Made by a program: the position numbers and the translations under genes. Below the pieces are notes generated by a model. The model did not search any database and was not told the origin of the DNA. It worked only from the letters and a program-made list of their open reading frames with translations. DNA of 49,432 nt, the filler included, from Mitosporidium daphniae (Eukaryota), in assembly GCF_000760515.2 (NCBI RefSeq). It is 2 parts of 2 records of this genome, joined end to end, with 100 filler letters (N's around TTAATTAATTAA, not from the genome) between each part and the next. Parts side by side here need not be neighbours in the genome. Positions count along the whole stretch, not along the records: positions 25,288 to 49,432 come from NW_013546147.1; 1 more part is not named here. One strand, 5' to 3'. Positions 35,280 through 47,794 of this stretch are shown here, piece by piece. The number at the start of each line of letters is the position of its first letter. Position 1 is the stretch's first letter.

Positions 35280-35392
35280 TTTTGAATATTAATAAATTTT
35301 GTGTTAATTTGGACACCTTTTATGCTAAATTTAAACAATTTGTCGTAAATTGGTGTATTTTATTTCATTTGTCGTACTGTTTCAATATTCAA

Positions 35393-36007
35393 ATGGCCGC
35401 ACAATGCACGGCTTATTGTCATGTTTTCATATCCTCTCGTTCAGAACGGCATTTCTTCGTCGCAGTCTCAGTCTCATATCGATAAGGGTATAACATACTG
35501 GGCCTTTCCATCAAAAAAACCCCATTGGCCCTTATCTCATCAAATGTTTGGGTTCTTCCTAAGACGGCTCTATTCGCCCTTAGGAAATTCTTTTCTAAGC
35601 CCCTCGGAGCATGATGGTCCATGTATGATGCACAATGGGCCGCTATTTAATGCATTCCAATTATTGCAGGATAAGGTCGAAGTAAGCGGTTATGCTATTT
35701 TTACCTATAGCTTGAGCACAAGGTGACCACTTGTAGCCGCAATTCTCACGTCGCTACAGATTGCCATGGCACCACTGAAGCGCTTTCTTCGTCTTCTTGT
35801 GTTGTTGAAAATCCATATTTTGAGGGAGATGAAGAAGTAATTGGACGTCCAAACATTGTTGCTCCTCCGAAACAAGAAAAGAAATCTTCCATCAATTCGG
35901 AATTGTCCATTTCTCACGTCACGATAAGCTCCCTGATTTTGGTTGTAATTTTATATTTTATTGCCGTGGAGCAAGCAAAACTTGGCATGGATATTCCGCC
36001 CGTTTAA
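35393..36007 (+). CDS. Small tail-anchored protein with KASH-like tail
   Basis: Introns 35423-35444 and ~35682-35710; C-terminal TM ISSLILVVILYFIAV followed by EQAKLGMDIPPV*. Confidence 0.55.
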
Positions 36008-36055
36008 ATTAGCAAATAAATAAACAAACGAACAAACGAACAAATGAACAACACG

Positions 36056-37390
36056 TCAACGCGCAGATTTCAAGGCATCCTGTATTTGAGCCAATTGCTC
36101 CGCTCGTCTTCGGGCGCATAGGGTTTCAATAAACTCATCAAGCAATGAACCTCCAAGAAAAGAATCTATGCCATAGACGGATTTTGGGATCCGATGATCC
36201 GTTATCCGATCAGCAGCATAGTTATATGTTCTTATTTTCTCGTGCCGACCGCCAGTGCCAATCTATTTGTACAAGAGGGGAGGGGGCATTTCTTACAAAT
36301 TCTTTCCGCATCGACTGCTGGTTGGAGTGCATTTTCTCAGCCTTTGCTTTGATAATACGTCCTTTGAGGATCTCTAGAGCCTTTACCTTGTTATCAAACT
36401 GGGATCTAGACTCCTGGCAAGTAACGACAGTTCCGGTCGGTATATGGGTCAATCTGACTGCGCTATTAGTGGTGTTTGCATGCTGCCCCCCTGGGCCACT
36501 GGATCGATAGACATCAACCTTCAGCTCTTTTTCGCTGATTTCCTAAGAAAAACCGAAAAAGGTTACTAGTTCTTCAGATCCGGCTTCAGAGCCGTTGAAT
36601 ACGGCTACAGTTGCCGTACTTGTATGCATCCTTCCACAGCTGTCGGTAACTGGGACCCTTTGAACACGATGCACACNCCCTTCAAATTTTAGCTTGTTAA
36701 AGGCACCCGGGCCAATAACAGAGGCACAGCCTTCGCGGAGGCCCGTCGAAGATTCCTCTTGCGAGTTAGAAAGCGGTTTGAATGTCCAGCCTTGCAGCTG
36801 GGCATATTTTTGGTACATTATCCACAGCTCCAAAGTAAACAAAGATGCTTCCGTGCCACCTGTGCCTGCTCTGATCTCCAGAATGGCATTGGATGGCGAG
36901 GAGGGGTCGTCAGCGTCGTCATTGAAAGCTTGATTTTTCAAAAACAAGCTTGTGAGATTACTTTCCAACTCATTTAGCTTGGCCGTTAACATTTCAATTT
37001 CCTCAAGAAGAAGTATTTTGAATTCTTCAGAATGAGTAGCGGCGTTTTTCCGCTCGCATTGTAGAATATCTTTCTCCTATATGTTCAAAAGGACAAGAAT
37101 ACCTTTTGGAGCTTTGTCCAATCCTCAAAACACCTCGAAAATGGAGATATTTCGGCTATACGTGCGTATATTTCACCGCAATCTTCCAAATTTGTATTTT
37201 TACTTAGCATCTTGTGCTCCTTGTGGAAGCGACAAGCTACGGTCCACAGAGCGGAAAACTTTCCCTCTTCACACAGCTTGTTTTCTTGCTGCGACAGCTC
37301 AAATATGAAAGAAGGAAGTTCTATTGCTTTCCTTTTCAAAGCATAAAATCTAGACTTTCCCCAAACCGAAAGCGGTGAAATCAGCCACAT
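36056..37390 (-). CDS. MRF1: Mitochondrial peptide chain release factor 1
   Basis: [26 protein letters not shown] (PxT), [26 protein letters not shown] (GGQ), [15 protein letters not shown]; bacterial-type RF1 with spliceosomal introns and a basic N-terminus. Confidence 0.9.
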
Positions 37391-37429
37391 CGCAAGTACT
37401 GCAATAAAGTGGAAATTTTTATGTAATTT

Positions 37430-39565
37430 TTAAATTAAATCGTCGTCAATGTCCCACGTGGTGGACTTTTTTCTTTGATCGGTTCCTCGGTATTGGTAAT
37501 CGGTGGCTTCTCTTTGGCCATTGCTTTGATTTTGATATCCAATGGATTCTCCTCTTCGGATCCCTTGGCGAGAATCAGTGAAACGAGAATTGCTGAACCT
37601 ATCTCTTCCAAAATCATTGCGGTAATTCGCTCCCCCCCTGTTGTAGTTAGGGCTTGAAAAGCCCGCTCCTCTGGAGGTATTTCTCATTGATCCATATGAA
37701 ACGGTGGCACGAGAATTGGATATCCTGTCATTAGATAGTTCCGGTATTTGATGAACTGCAAATATCTCGCCATTTTCGCCTACTTCTGGAAGCTCGTTTT
37801 GGATAAGAATATTCTTTCCAATCTCAAGAGGTACATCAAAAAGAAGGCTTTTTCGATCGGCACTCAATTTTCGCAACGAAATTTGAGACAATATTTTTGG
37901 AACCGAAATTGCAGCTTCCAAGGAAGAGACAAGCTCCTCAACATTATTTAGAGCTCGCTTTGGAGAGTACTGAAGCGTGATATATCCTTTTTCCCCCGTC
38001 AAAGCAGATCTGTTGATTTTAAAGGATGCAGGAAAGGATCTGTGGAGGAGAGCAGCCAGCGAAAGGATGGCATCTTTTTGAGATGCGGGATTTGATTCCA
38101 GAAATCCAGCTACAACAGCACTCATGGAATTCTTTTCTTCTACGGAGACCCCTTTGATGATTTGAGAAAAAGTATCCTTATCTTTGATGACCAGGGAGCG
38201 GCCAACGGCCAGTGCTTGGCGAGAAAATTTAAATCCAGCAATCTTTTCAATCTCCGCTAGGTCCGATAGATTCTCTTCGGGATTGTAGATCAAGACATTG
38301 ACACCGCCCTTTCCTGCACGAGCGGTTCTTCCAGAACGATGGATAAAAGTCTCAACCATTGGCGGCGGGTTTAGTTGGATAACAACATCAACATCGGCGA
38401 TATCCAACCCTCTTGCTGCTACATCAGTAGCAACAAGGACATTGACGCGTCCAGTTTTAAAGTCATCCAGGGTGTCGTTGCGTTGATTTTGTGAAAGATC
38501 TCCATGAAGAGCCCCGCAAATAGGCCTGATATTTCCTGTGTATCCTGAAAATAGACCAGAGGCAAGGTGAGATACTTGCCTTTTGGTGTCACAGAAAATT
38601 AGCGCCTTCATTGGAACAACAGAAGACGATGGACAAAACGTCGTGAGCACTTCAGTGACAAAGGGCACCAAGTCTTCTCCCCGATATGCAAGAGCGACCT
38701 GCCTAATGTTTTCACTGGTGCGGATCGTTGTTTCACCGACAGCATCGACGTAAATCTTGTGGGGCCGCTTAAAGTATGACTTTGCAGTGGAAGTGACCCA
38801 TTCTGGGACGGTTGCACTAAATAAAAGCATTTGTGGAAATTGGTTTCCCGATGAACTGACTCCAGATTGAACGTTTGATAAAATGCTCTCCAACGATGCT
38901 TTGAAGCCGAGATCCAGCATAAAGTCCGCCTCGTCGAGTACAATAAAGTCCAAATCACCGAGCTGCAAGGCTCCTCGTTCATAAAGGTCAAGAAGCCTTC
39001 CCGGCGTGCCGATCACAATATCGACACCACGAGAGAGAATTTCCAGCTGGGGATTGATATTGATTCCGCCATAACAGACACAAGAATAGACGCTATGCGG
39101 CGAAAATTCCTTAACAGCCAATGAGATTTGAGTTGCAAGCTCTCTAGTCGGTGCAATGATCAGTGCTTTTGGTTTGGAACGGCCTGTTTTTCGATCTTGC
39201 TTTTCTGCTGCAATCTTTGAAATAATTGGAAGAGCAAAAGCGAGGGTTTTCCCTGTTCCGGTGCGAGCTCTAGCAAGCACATCGCTGCCATCTAGAATTT
39301 CTGCCCATACCGAAGCCTGGATGGGGAAAAGATTTTTTATGCCCTTTTTCAAAAAGTTGGCACGCGATTCGGCCGGCATTTCAAACGCTTCCACCGACGT
39401 CTCCGACAGCGAAGAAGTGGGATCAATGTATTTGTATGGAAGGCCGTGCTTAAGCGGAAGGCCAGCCGATGCGATGGCAAGTGATGAGAAATGCATTCGC
39501 CATCTTTTCTGGCCGAAAATCTTGGCACTGGGCTGGAATCGAGGTCGGCAGAATGTGGGACGCAT
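37430..39565 (-). CDS. DEAD-box RNA helicase, DDX21/RH-II(Gu)-like, with presequence-like N-terminus
   Basis: LFPIQ, ARTGTGKTLAF, PTRELA, GTPGR, DEAD, SAT, LHGDLSQNQR, HRSGRTARAG, RSALTG start of a GUCT-like region, RG-rich tail; intronless. Confidence 0.9.
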   Translation of the reverse strand: MRPTFCRPRFQPSAKIFGQKRWRMHFSSLAIASAGLPLKHGLPYKYIDPTSSLSETSVEAFEMPAESRANFLKKGIKNLFPIQASVWAEILDGSDVLARARTGTGKTLAFALPIISKIAAEKQDRKTGRSKPKALIIAPTRELATQISLAVKEFSPHSVYSCVCYGGININPQLEILSRGVDIVIGTPGRLLDLYERGALQLGDLDFIVLDEADFMLDLGFKASLESILSNVQSGVSSSGNQFPQMLLFSATVPEWVTSTAKSYFKRPHKIYVDAVGETTIRTSENIRQVALAYRGEDLVPFVTEVLTTFCPSSSVVPMKALIFCDTKRQVSHLASGLFSGYTGNIRPICGALHGDLSQNQRNDTLDDFKTGRVNVLVATDVAARGLDIADVDVVIQLNPPPMVETFIHRSGRTARAGKGGVNVLIYNPEENLSDLAEIEKIAGFKFSRQALAVGRSLVIKDKDTFSQIIKGVSVEEKNSMSAVVAGFLESNPASQKDAILSLAALLHRSFPASFKINRSALTGEKGYITLQYSPKRALNNVEELVSSLEAAISVPKILSQISLRKLSADRKSLLFDVPLEIGKNILIQNELPEVGENGEIFAVHQIPELSNDRISNSRATVSYGSMRNTSRGAGFSSPNYNRGGANYRNDFGRDRFSNSRFTDSRQGIRRGESIGYQNQSNGQREATDYQYRGTDQRKKSTTWDIDDDLI

Positions 39566-39686
39566 CAGTTAAAATTCATTTGCGATTGTGCGGATTATGT
39601 TTATTAAATTTTATTCTTCAGATTTAAGAGTAGCACATAAAACGAAGCTATTTCTCCAATAAAGAGGCAAGGGAAATAAGGGGCGC

Positions 39687-39980
39687 CTATACAGGCTGCC
39701 GACAGGTTGATAAATCTGTAGACAAGAGAATCCTGAAATGTGATGACGACTTTAGAAAGAACATATGCCCCATGCCGCTTAAAATAACGCTATTTTTAGA
39801 TAGCGATGGGGAGGAGAGAACCTCAATTGCGCTTTGAGAAAGAGAACAAGACGGGTCAATGTATCTGAATGGCAGCTTTGAGATCGAATGTTTTTTTGTG
39901 GAACAGACATACCTTCGAACCCAATCCTTTGCCGTAAACGGACGAAAACGAGAAGATGAACCAAACGACGGCCGATGCAT
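39687..39980 (-). pseudogene. Truncated tandem paralog of the helicase N-terminus (97-aa ORF; relic or microprotein)
   Basis: MHRPSF...RFRPFTAK and LPFRYIDPSCSLSQSAIE align by eye with helicase MRPTF...RFQPSAK and LPYKYIDPTSSLSETSVE. Confidence 0.65.
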
Positions 39981-40175
39981 GCAATTTGGATTGCTAAGCA
40001 AAGCAATTAAAATTTAATTTAATTTGATTTGATTTGTATCAAACTTATCACTTCAAGTCAGACTTGGCCACTCCATTTGAGGCCGAATAAATTGTCAATC
40101 TTGGCCACAAAAGCTGTTCTAACCCTGTAATCCAGGAGGGCGTATGTATTTTTCCGATTTATTTGCACCACCCAA

Positions 40176-42226
40176 TTATGGGATGCTTTCCGGCCGACCA
40201 TGTTTCAAGTCTTTTTCAATCATTTTGACCGCAATGGGATGGTAGGTTGATCGATTCTTTGCGAAGATTTGATTGGCCGCGTTGAAATCAATTGAGGCTA
40301 GCGCTCTATGGAGAAAATGGGGCTCAAATTACCTGTAAACTGGTCTCAAATATTTCATTCTGCCGTTGCGGGCCAAAAACGCCTCAACCTCATTTAAATC
40401 GACTATTAATCCACAAGACAACGAAAGGCAAAGCCAAGAATAGAAAATTTCGACATTTGTAACATCATGTAGCGAATATGAAGAATAAATGGCCCTCAGC
40501 GTAGAAAAGGTCAGCTTTTCTTTGTGCTGCAACGAAAGCACATTAAAAAACGACACTAGAAATAGGAATAATTAATTGCAAGGCAACCTTTTTGCCACAC
40601 CGTAAGCAAGCAATATTCGGCAGCGGTGGTGGGGATTTTGTTTGTATCTTCCAGCACCCTAAAGACTTAATAACAACATCAACTTTCCAATCAGCACAAG
40701 CACGCTATCCCTCATGCTGGTGTCGTAATTGGGAATCTTAGGGGGCATTCCATGTCCGTGCAACCAGGCTTCCCAATCAACAGTGTCAAATGTTCCACAT
40801 GGAAAGGACGAAATTAAATGCTGGAGCCATTCGTCAGTGGAAATGGATCTGGTTGCAAAGTGTTTCAAATATTTTTGCATGTAGGATAAAAAGGCATCTT
40901 GCCCGACAATAGTCTCCAAGTAAAATAAAAGAGTGTGCCCTTTTTCGTAGGGGACTCTGGAAAACGCGTCATCTGGATCTTTTCCATTAGAAAGGTCGAC
41001 AACCAATCTGGTCCATGGCGATGGATCGCATTTTCGGCGGTACTCTTCGACATCTGCGGCGAGCTCTTCCAATCCGAGGAGAGCAGAAAAATGTCTATAC
41101 TTTTCATCATAGATTTGGGACAAGATTTTTCTTTCAAGAAACATCGTCCAGCCCTCGTTCAGCCAAAAATGCTCCCAAGAGCAAGACGTAACGCTATTCC
41201 CTGTCCAGCTATGGCAAATTTCATGGATAACGACATCAACCAACGACCTAAAGAAAACCCCAAAGCGCTAACTTGTCTCCTGCCAAAAGAGAGGGTGTTA
41301 CAAAAGTTAAACATGGATTCTCCATTCCCCCGAAAGGAAATCCAGGCGGCAATACCAGAATGTTATAATCTGTCCACATGTAGGGCGACCCGGCCACCTT
41401 CTCAGCAAGTTGCAAAAACGTCTCCGTATCGGAGAACTCTTTTGCAGCAATTTGTACCTGCACCGGCTCTCCATATACAGTCGATCTTGGTCCGATACAA
41501 ATTCCATCGATATTCCCAATTGCAAACGCAAACAAATAGCTCTACCGCAAGCAAAAATAAAAATCGAGTTACTGGAATCGGAATGGGCTGGGAAAACTCA
41601 AATACGCGATCAGAGGGCGATGCCTTTCTTTGGGCGGACATAACCGCCTTCATTCCCGGGCATTCTGTTAAATCAATGACTGCAGAGTAGCTGCACTTGA
41701 AGCTGGGAGAATCAAGACAGGGGAAAAGCGATCTGGCATGAATGGCTTGCAATTGCGTATAAACGTAGGGATGCGACTTTGAAAATGTTTGCAAAGGTAG
41801 TAGCCATTGAATAGCGCTGCAACGGGCATCCGTTTTCCAAGTTATTTCGATACGGAACTCATTTTCGGCACATAGCAATTTCGGAATCTCAACCTGCAAA
41901 TATTGAGAACACATGTCACACGATGCATTTTCATTTTCCTTGATGGAATACTAAGGACACGTTTAGCTTTTCAACCATCTAACCTTCAGCTTCTGAGAGT
42001 TTCTGGCATCGACTACGGAATCAATAAGCAGGTCATGGACATCAAGAGAAAAAAAACACGAGTCCCCGCAAGTGGATGCTGTCGTGCTTAAAGCATAGAT
42101 GCCCTTGCATGCAAGCACTTGGTCTTGAAAGTTTGGGGTGATCACAAAATGTTGATGTCTTAACTCGACAGGCCTATCTTCAACGGGGAGAATGCATGAC
42201 GTGGGGTCAAGTTTGTACATCTTCAT
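40176..42226 (-). CDS. LAP2: Leukotriene A4 hydrolase / M1 aminopeptidase
   Basis: QAIHARSLFPCLDSP, FPFGGMENP, HEICHSW...WLNEGWT, FSRVPYEKG, GRMKYLRPVYR, YHPIAVKMIEKDL. Confidence 0.94.
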
Positions 42227-42356
42227 CAACAGATCAAAATTATGCCCCAATAAATTACCATGCAAATTTGAGGGTTTAATTCAGACTCAAAGTTTGGCCT
42301 ACACACTAGACACACGGGGAGGGCCAGTCACAACATATTAAAAAAAGTTTATTGGT

Positions 42357-42714
42357 TTATGCATAGACAGAACCAAGATCAGCATCGCCAGAATCTGTAA
42401 TTGAAAGACAACCGACTCTGAAGAATTTTCCACACGCAGTTCCCAAATCAATGTTGCCTAATGCATAAATACGTAAAGCTCTTACTTCCATTGAAATGGT
42501 GCACATGTGTCTGCGAAAGCATAGCATAGTATTCTATCTCGGACTTGCGAAGAGGTGGGCAGTTTGAGGCAAGAATGATGAGCTTCGATTTTCCTTGACG
42601 AATAGACTTGAGTGTAGAGCTGTATCCAAGAGACGCCTTTCCGCTTTTCATCACAAGAGCAAGCTTGGAGTTGATGGACTCTAGGGACCGCTTGGACTTT
42701 TTATCAGCAGTCAT
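42357..42714 (-). CDS. RPL30: 60S ribosomal protein L30 (eL30)
   Basis: [30 protein letters not shown], spliced to [14 protein letters not shown]. Confidence 0.96.
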
Positions 42715-42777
42715 TCGATAGAAACAGAAAAAAATATTGTTTACCCTTGATGCAAAAAGCGAAATTTTATATTTAAT

Positions 42778-43190
42778 TTACAGAAATTTATAGGTAGGGT
42801 TGGCCTTGAAGTTCAAATAGGCCTCCTCATTGAAAAAGGATATTTCGGTCTCATTTTGAATCGGAAACTCGGACAAGCATCTCGTTCCGGGGCCCATCAG
42901 CAAGGTATCGTCGGAATCCAGATTTATCGCCAAGTTTTGGGACTTTGTGCCATGTGGCTGGTAATATATTTTCAAAGTATCCAAAGTGGTCTTTAAAAAG
43001 CATTTCGAATAAATTGGATGCTTGCAAATTTCTAATGTTAACAAAAAGTGCATGTACCCTTTTCAATGTAACCTTTAAGGTCATCGACAGTAGCACTGCC
43101 ACTTTCAAACAGAGTGTCAAAATCTTTGATAATCAAATGAAAGATTGTCCGAAACTCGAACGACTTGATCAGCCGAATTGTCACCAACAT
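42778..43190 (-). CDS. UPF0538/DUF2340 (C2orf76-like) protein
   Basis: VTIRLIKSFEFRT, DTLKIYYQPHGTKSQNLAINLD, IQNETEISFFNEEAYLNFKANP; one intron. Confidence 0.85.
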
Positions 43191-43249
43191 TTTAAAAACT
43201 TTATTAAACTGATCACAAATTGATATGTCGCGGTGTTTTAATAATTTTA

Positions 43250-44329
43250 ATGTCATCTGTGTTGGATCAACTGAGGGAATATACAACCATTGTATGTGAT
43301 ACGGGAGACATAAATGGTTCGACACAATTGATCATATAACTTTAGCTATCACTAAATTCAAACCGCAGGATGCCACCACAAACCCAACGCTAATTCTGGC
43401 CTCTTCTCAGCAGCCAGAGTACGCTCATTTGATTACGGACGCCGTTGAATTTTCGCTTGCAAAAAAGTCCCCTCGGTTGGTGATCTAATTTGTAGATGCA
43501 AAAATGAGGTCGAAAAAATGCATTGGGCGCTTGACAAGTTGGTAGGTGGGAGTTTTGAATACCCTTTTAGATTGTAAATTTTGGCGCCGAAATACTAAAA
43601 ATCATCCCAGGAAGGGTCTCCACTGAAGTTGACGCAAGGTAGTGCATCTGCCGTTATTTTGCCAGATTATCTTTCGATACGCAGGGGACCATCGAGAAGG
43701 CTAGAAGACTAATCGGGTTGTATGAGAATGAAATGAAAATCCCGCGAGCAAGGATCCTAATCAAGATAGCCGCCACGTGGGAAGGAATCGAGGCTGCAAA
43801 AATGCTGGAAAAAGAAGGGATACACTGTAACCTGACCCTTTTATTTGGATTTCCACAAGCAGTTTGCTGTGCGGAAGCCGGTGTTACACTGATATCGCCA
43901 TTTGTTGGTCGTATCTATGACTGGTATGTGAAGGAGACCGGAAAATCCTACTCCCACGCAGAAGACCCCGGGGTGGAATCAGTGAAACGAATTTACAATT
44001 ACTACAAGTTCTTCTCCTACAAGACAACAGTGATGGGGGCCTCGTTTAGAAACATCGGTCAAGTGCTTGAGCTTGCAGGTTGCGATGCTTTAACGGTCTC
44101 CCCGACGCTTCTATCACAGTTGCAAGCCGATTGTAAAACCAGAATCGAAAGAAAAATGTTCAATTCTGCTCCTGAGCACTTGAAACTTCATCGGGTTTCG
44201 TTCGATGAGAAGGGATTCCGATTTGCAATGAATGAAGATCAAATGGCAACAGAAAAGCTTTCAGAGGGGATCAGAAAATTTTCAGAGGACGCTGCCAAGC
44301 TCGAGGCGCTTTTGCTTGCCAGATTCTAG
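43250..44329 (+). CDS. TAL1: Transaldolase
   Basis: [67 protein letters not shown]; several short 5' introns. Confidence 0.97.
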
Positions 44330-44505
44330 CTAATAAAATTTACGTCGGCCTAGCGATTTCGGTTGCGCTCGAAAACTCTTTCAAATACTTGGATGGATTT
44401 TTTCCTTTCAAACAACGGTTGTAATTTCTTTTATTCAGAGACTTTCTATTCTTTATGTTATTCTTCACTTTCAAAGGGCTCCTTCGATGCTTGGCAAGGG
44501 ATGAA

Positions 44506-45644
44506 CTATTTGGGCCCGCTCTTGGCCCTAATGGATGCAGATAGCTCAGGTACAAGCTTAAAGATATCGCCCACGAGCCAGTAGTCAGATATTGAAAATA
44601 TTGAGGCCTCTGGATCCTTATTAATGGAGACAATCACTTTGCTGTCTTTCATTCCAGCTACATGTTGAATGGCTCCCGAAATCCCGACGGCAATGTAAAG
44701 ATCTGGGGCCACAATCTTGCCAGTTTGTCCGACCTGGTGTTCGTTGGCAATAAACCCGCTATCGACGGCCGCTCTGGAGGCACCAACTATTTAAAGTCAT
44801 TATTGACCGTTGCCGTCGTACTTGCACCGCCCAAAGCGTCGGCTAATTCGAAAATAACTTCTTGAAAGAGCTGTGCTGAGCCTAGAGCCCTGCCGCCAGA
44901 CACAACTATTTTTGCATCTGCCAACTCGGGTCTTTTCTTGGATGCAGGATCGCAATTAGATTTTTTGCTTAATAAAACAGAGCGAAAATCTATTCACATG
45001 AGGCTCTGCAAAGATAAACCTTTTGATTTCAATAGATTTTCATGGTCTACATATTCGGGCGGAGAGAATGTAGCATTCTTTTCTTCATCTACACCTGGAA
45101 AAGAAGAAGATCTTATTGTGATTAATTTAATAGGATCCAAAGAGCGCACTTTACAAAAGGCATTTCCTATGCAATATAAAGGCACCAAGAAATCACCTGC
45201 GAAAATGGGCCTCACAAAGACATTATCCGATTCGATCTTAATCACATCTGTGACCGGGGCTATGTCGATCATTGCAGCAAGACGAGGAACGAACGAACGA
45301 GTGATGGACGAGTTTGAGGCAATAAAATGTGTGACATCTCCCAATCGGCTTATTAAAGAGGACAATGATTCAGAAAGGGGTTCAGGCAGAGATTGTCCTT
45401 CGCCACTAATCGAATAATGAATTTTTCTCAAATGATTGCCGAGATCCTTGCTGTTTTCCTTGAATTTGGATAAGGATTCTGGAGAATCAAAGAGTGCGAT
45501 TCCTTCGGCCAAAGATGAACTTATCGATTTTGAAGCAAATATGGCATTTATATTTGAGGAATCAGGGGCTCCCTTATTATGCGAGAGCCATACCAACTTT
45601 GTGGCATAGCCTCTCAATGACGAGATACCGAACCGTTGTCGCAT
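44506..45644 (-). CDS. AIM45: Electron transfer flavoprotein alpha subunit
   Basis: Presequence-like [72 protein letters not shown]. Confidence 0.94.
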
Positions 45645-45717
45645 TTGGGCAAAAAACCAGCTAGGAAACACTCATCAAGTGATAAATTTTCGATTGTTGT
45701 TTAATTTTATTTTACAA

Positions 45718-47179
<1,462 letters not shown>

Positions 47180-47343
47180 GTTGTAAAATTTAGGGAACAA
47201 ATACGGAATAAATTTGGAATAAATTGGACCAAAATTTTAATTTCCTTTCACTTATTACACCCTGGCCATAAAATCGGGACAAAGTTATTTTTTTTTTAGG
47301 GGTCGATAATTTCGAGAAACCTAATATTTTGTGAACCTATTCC

Positions 47344-47712
47344 ATGGCCATTATCAAACCAGCTCCCATTCCGTCTCGCAAATTTGTGATTGATTGCACC
47401 AAGCCCGTTAACGATGGTGTTTTTGATGTTGCTTTATTCGAAAAGTTTCTCCATGACCGCATTAAGGTGCACGGAAAAACAGGAAATCTTGACCATATCG
47501 TCAATGTTTCTCGCTCTGGAGCCGTTGTGACCATCAGCGTACAGAACATCGAGTTTTCCAAGCGCTACCTCAAATATCTGTCAAAAAAATTCCTGAAAAA
47601 GAATTCCCTCAAGGATTGGCTTCGTGTAGTTTCTCTTGACAAGGCTACCTACCAGCTGAGATACTACAACATCAATGCTGATGCTGCAGAGGAGTCTTCT
47701 GATGAAGAATAG
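47344..47712 (+). CDS. RPL22: 60S ribosomal protein L22 (eL22)
   Basis: KFVIDCTKPVNDG, FEKFLHDRIKVHGKTGNL, FSKRYLKYLSKKFLKK, DWLRVV; intronless. Confidence 0.97.
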   Translation: MAIIKPAPIPSRKFVIDCTKPVNDGVFDVALFEKFLHDRIKVHGKTGNLDHIVNVSRSGAVVTISVQNIEFSKRYLKYLSKKFLKKNSLKDWLRVVSLDKATYQLRYYNINADAAEESSDEE

Positions 47713-47794
47713 TTTCGTTAATAATAAATGGTCGTTTATTTTTAAACTTTAAATTAAACTTTGCCTTAAGTCTTTCATATTGGCGCCAATTTTT

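Noticed and set aside
36012..36052. AAAC/GAAC low-complexity run between convergent genes (similar AATTT/GATTT run near 40005-40036)
   Set aside because: Ordinary simple-sequence DNA in terminator or promoter regions.
36056..37390. Bacterial-type RF1 (and ETF-alpha, HADH) as contamination or recent HGT
   Set aside because: They carry host-type tiny introns and presequence-like N-termini, as expected for nuclear-encoded mitochondrial proteins.
44340..44633. Lys-rich ORF overlapping the ETF-alpha 3' end as an alternative C-terminus
   Set aside because: ETF-alpha already ends with the conserved DIFKLVPEL; the ORF has no recognisable features.
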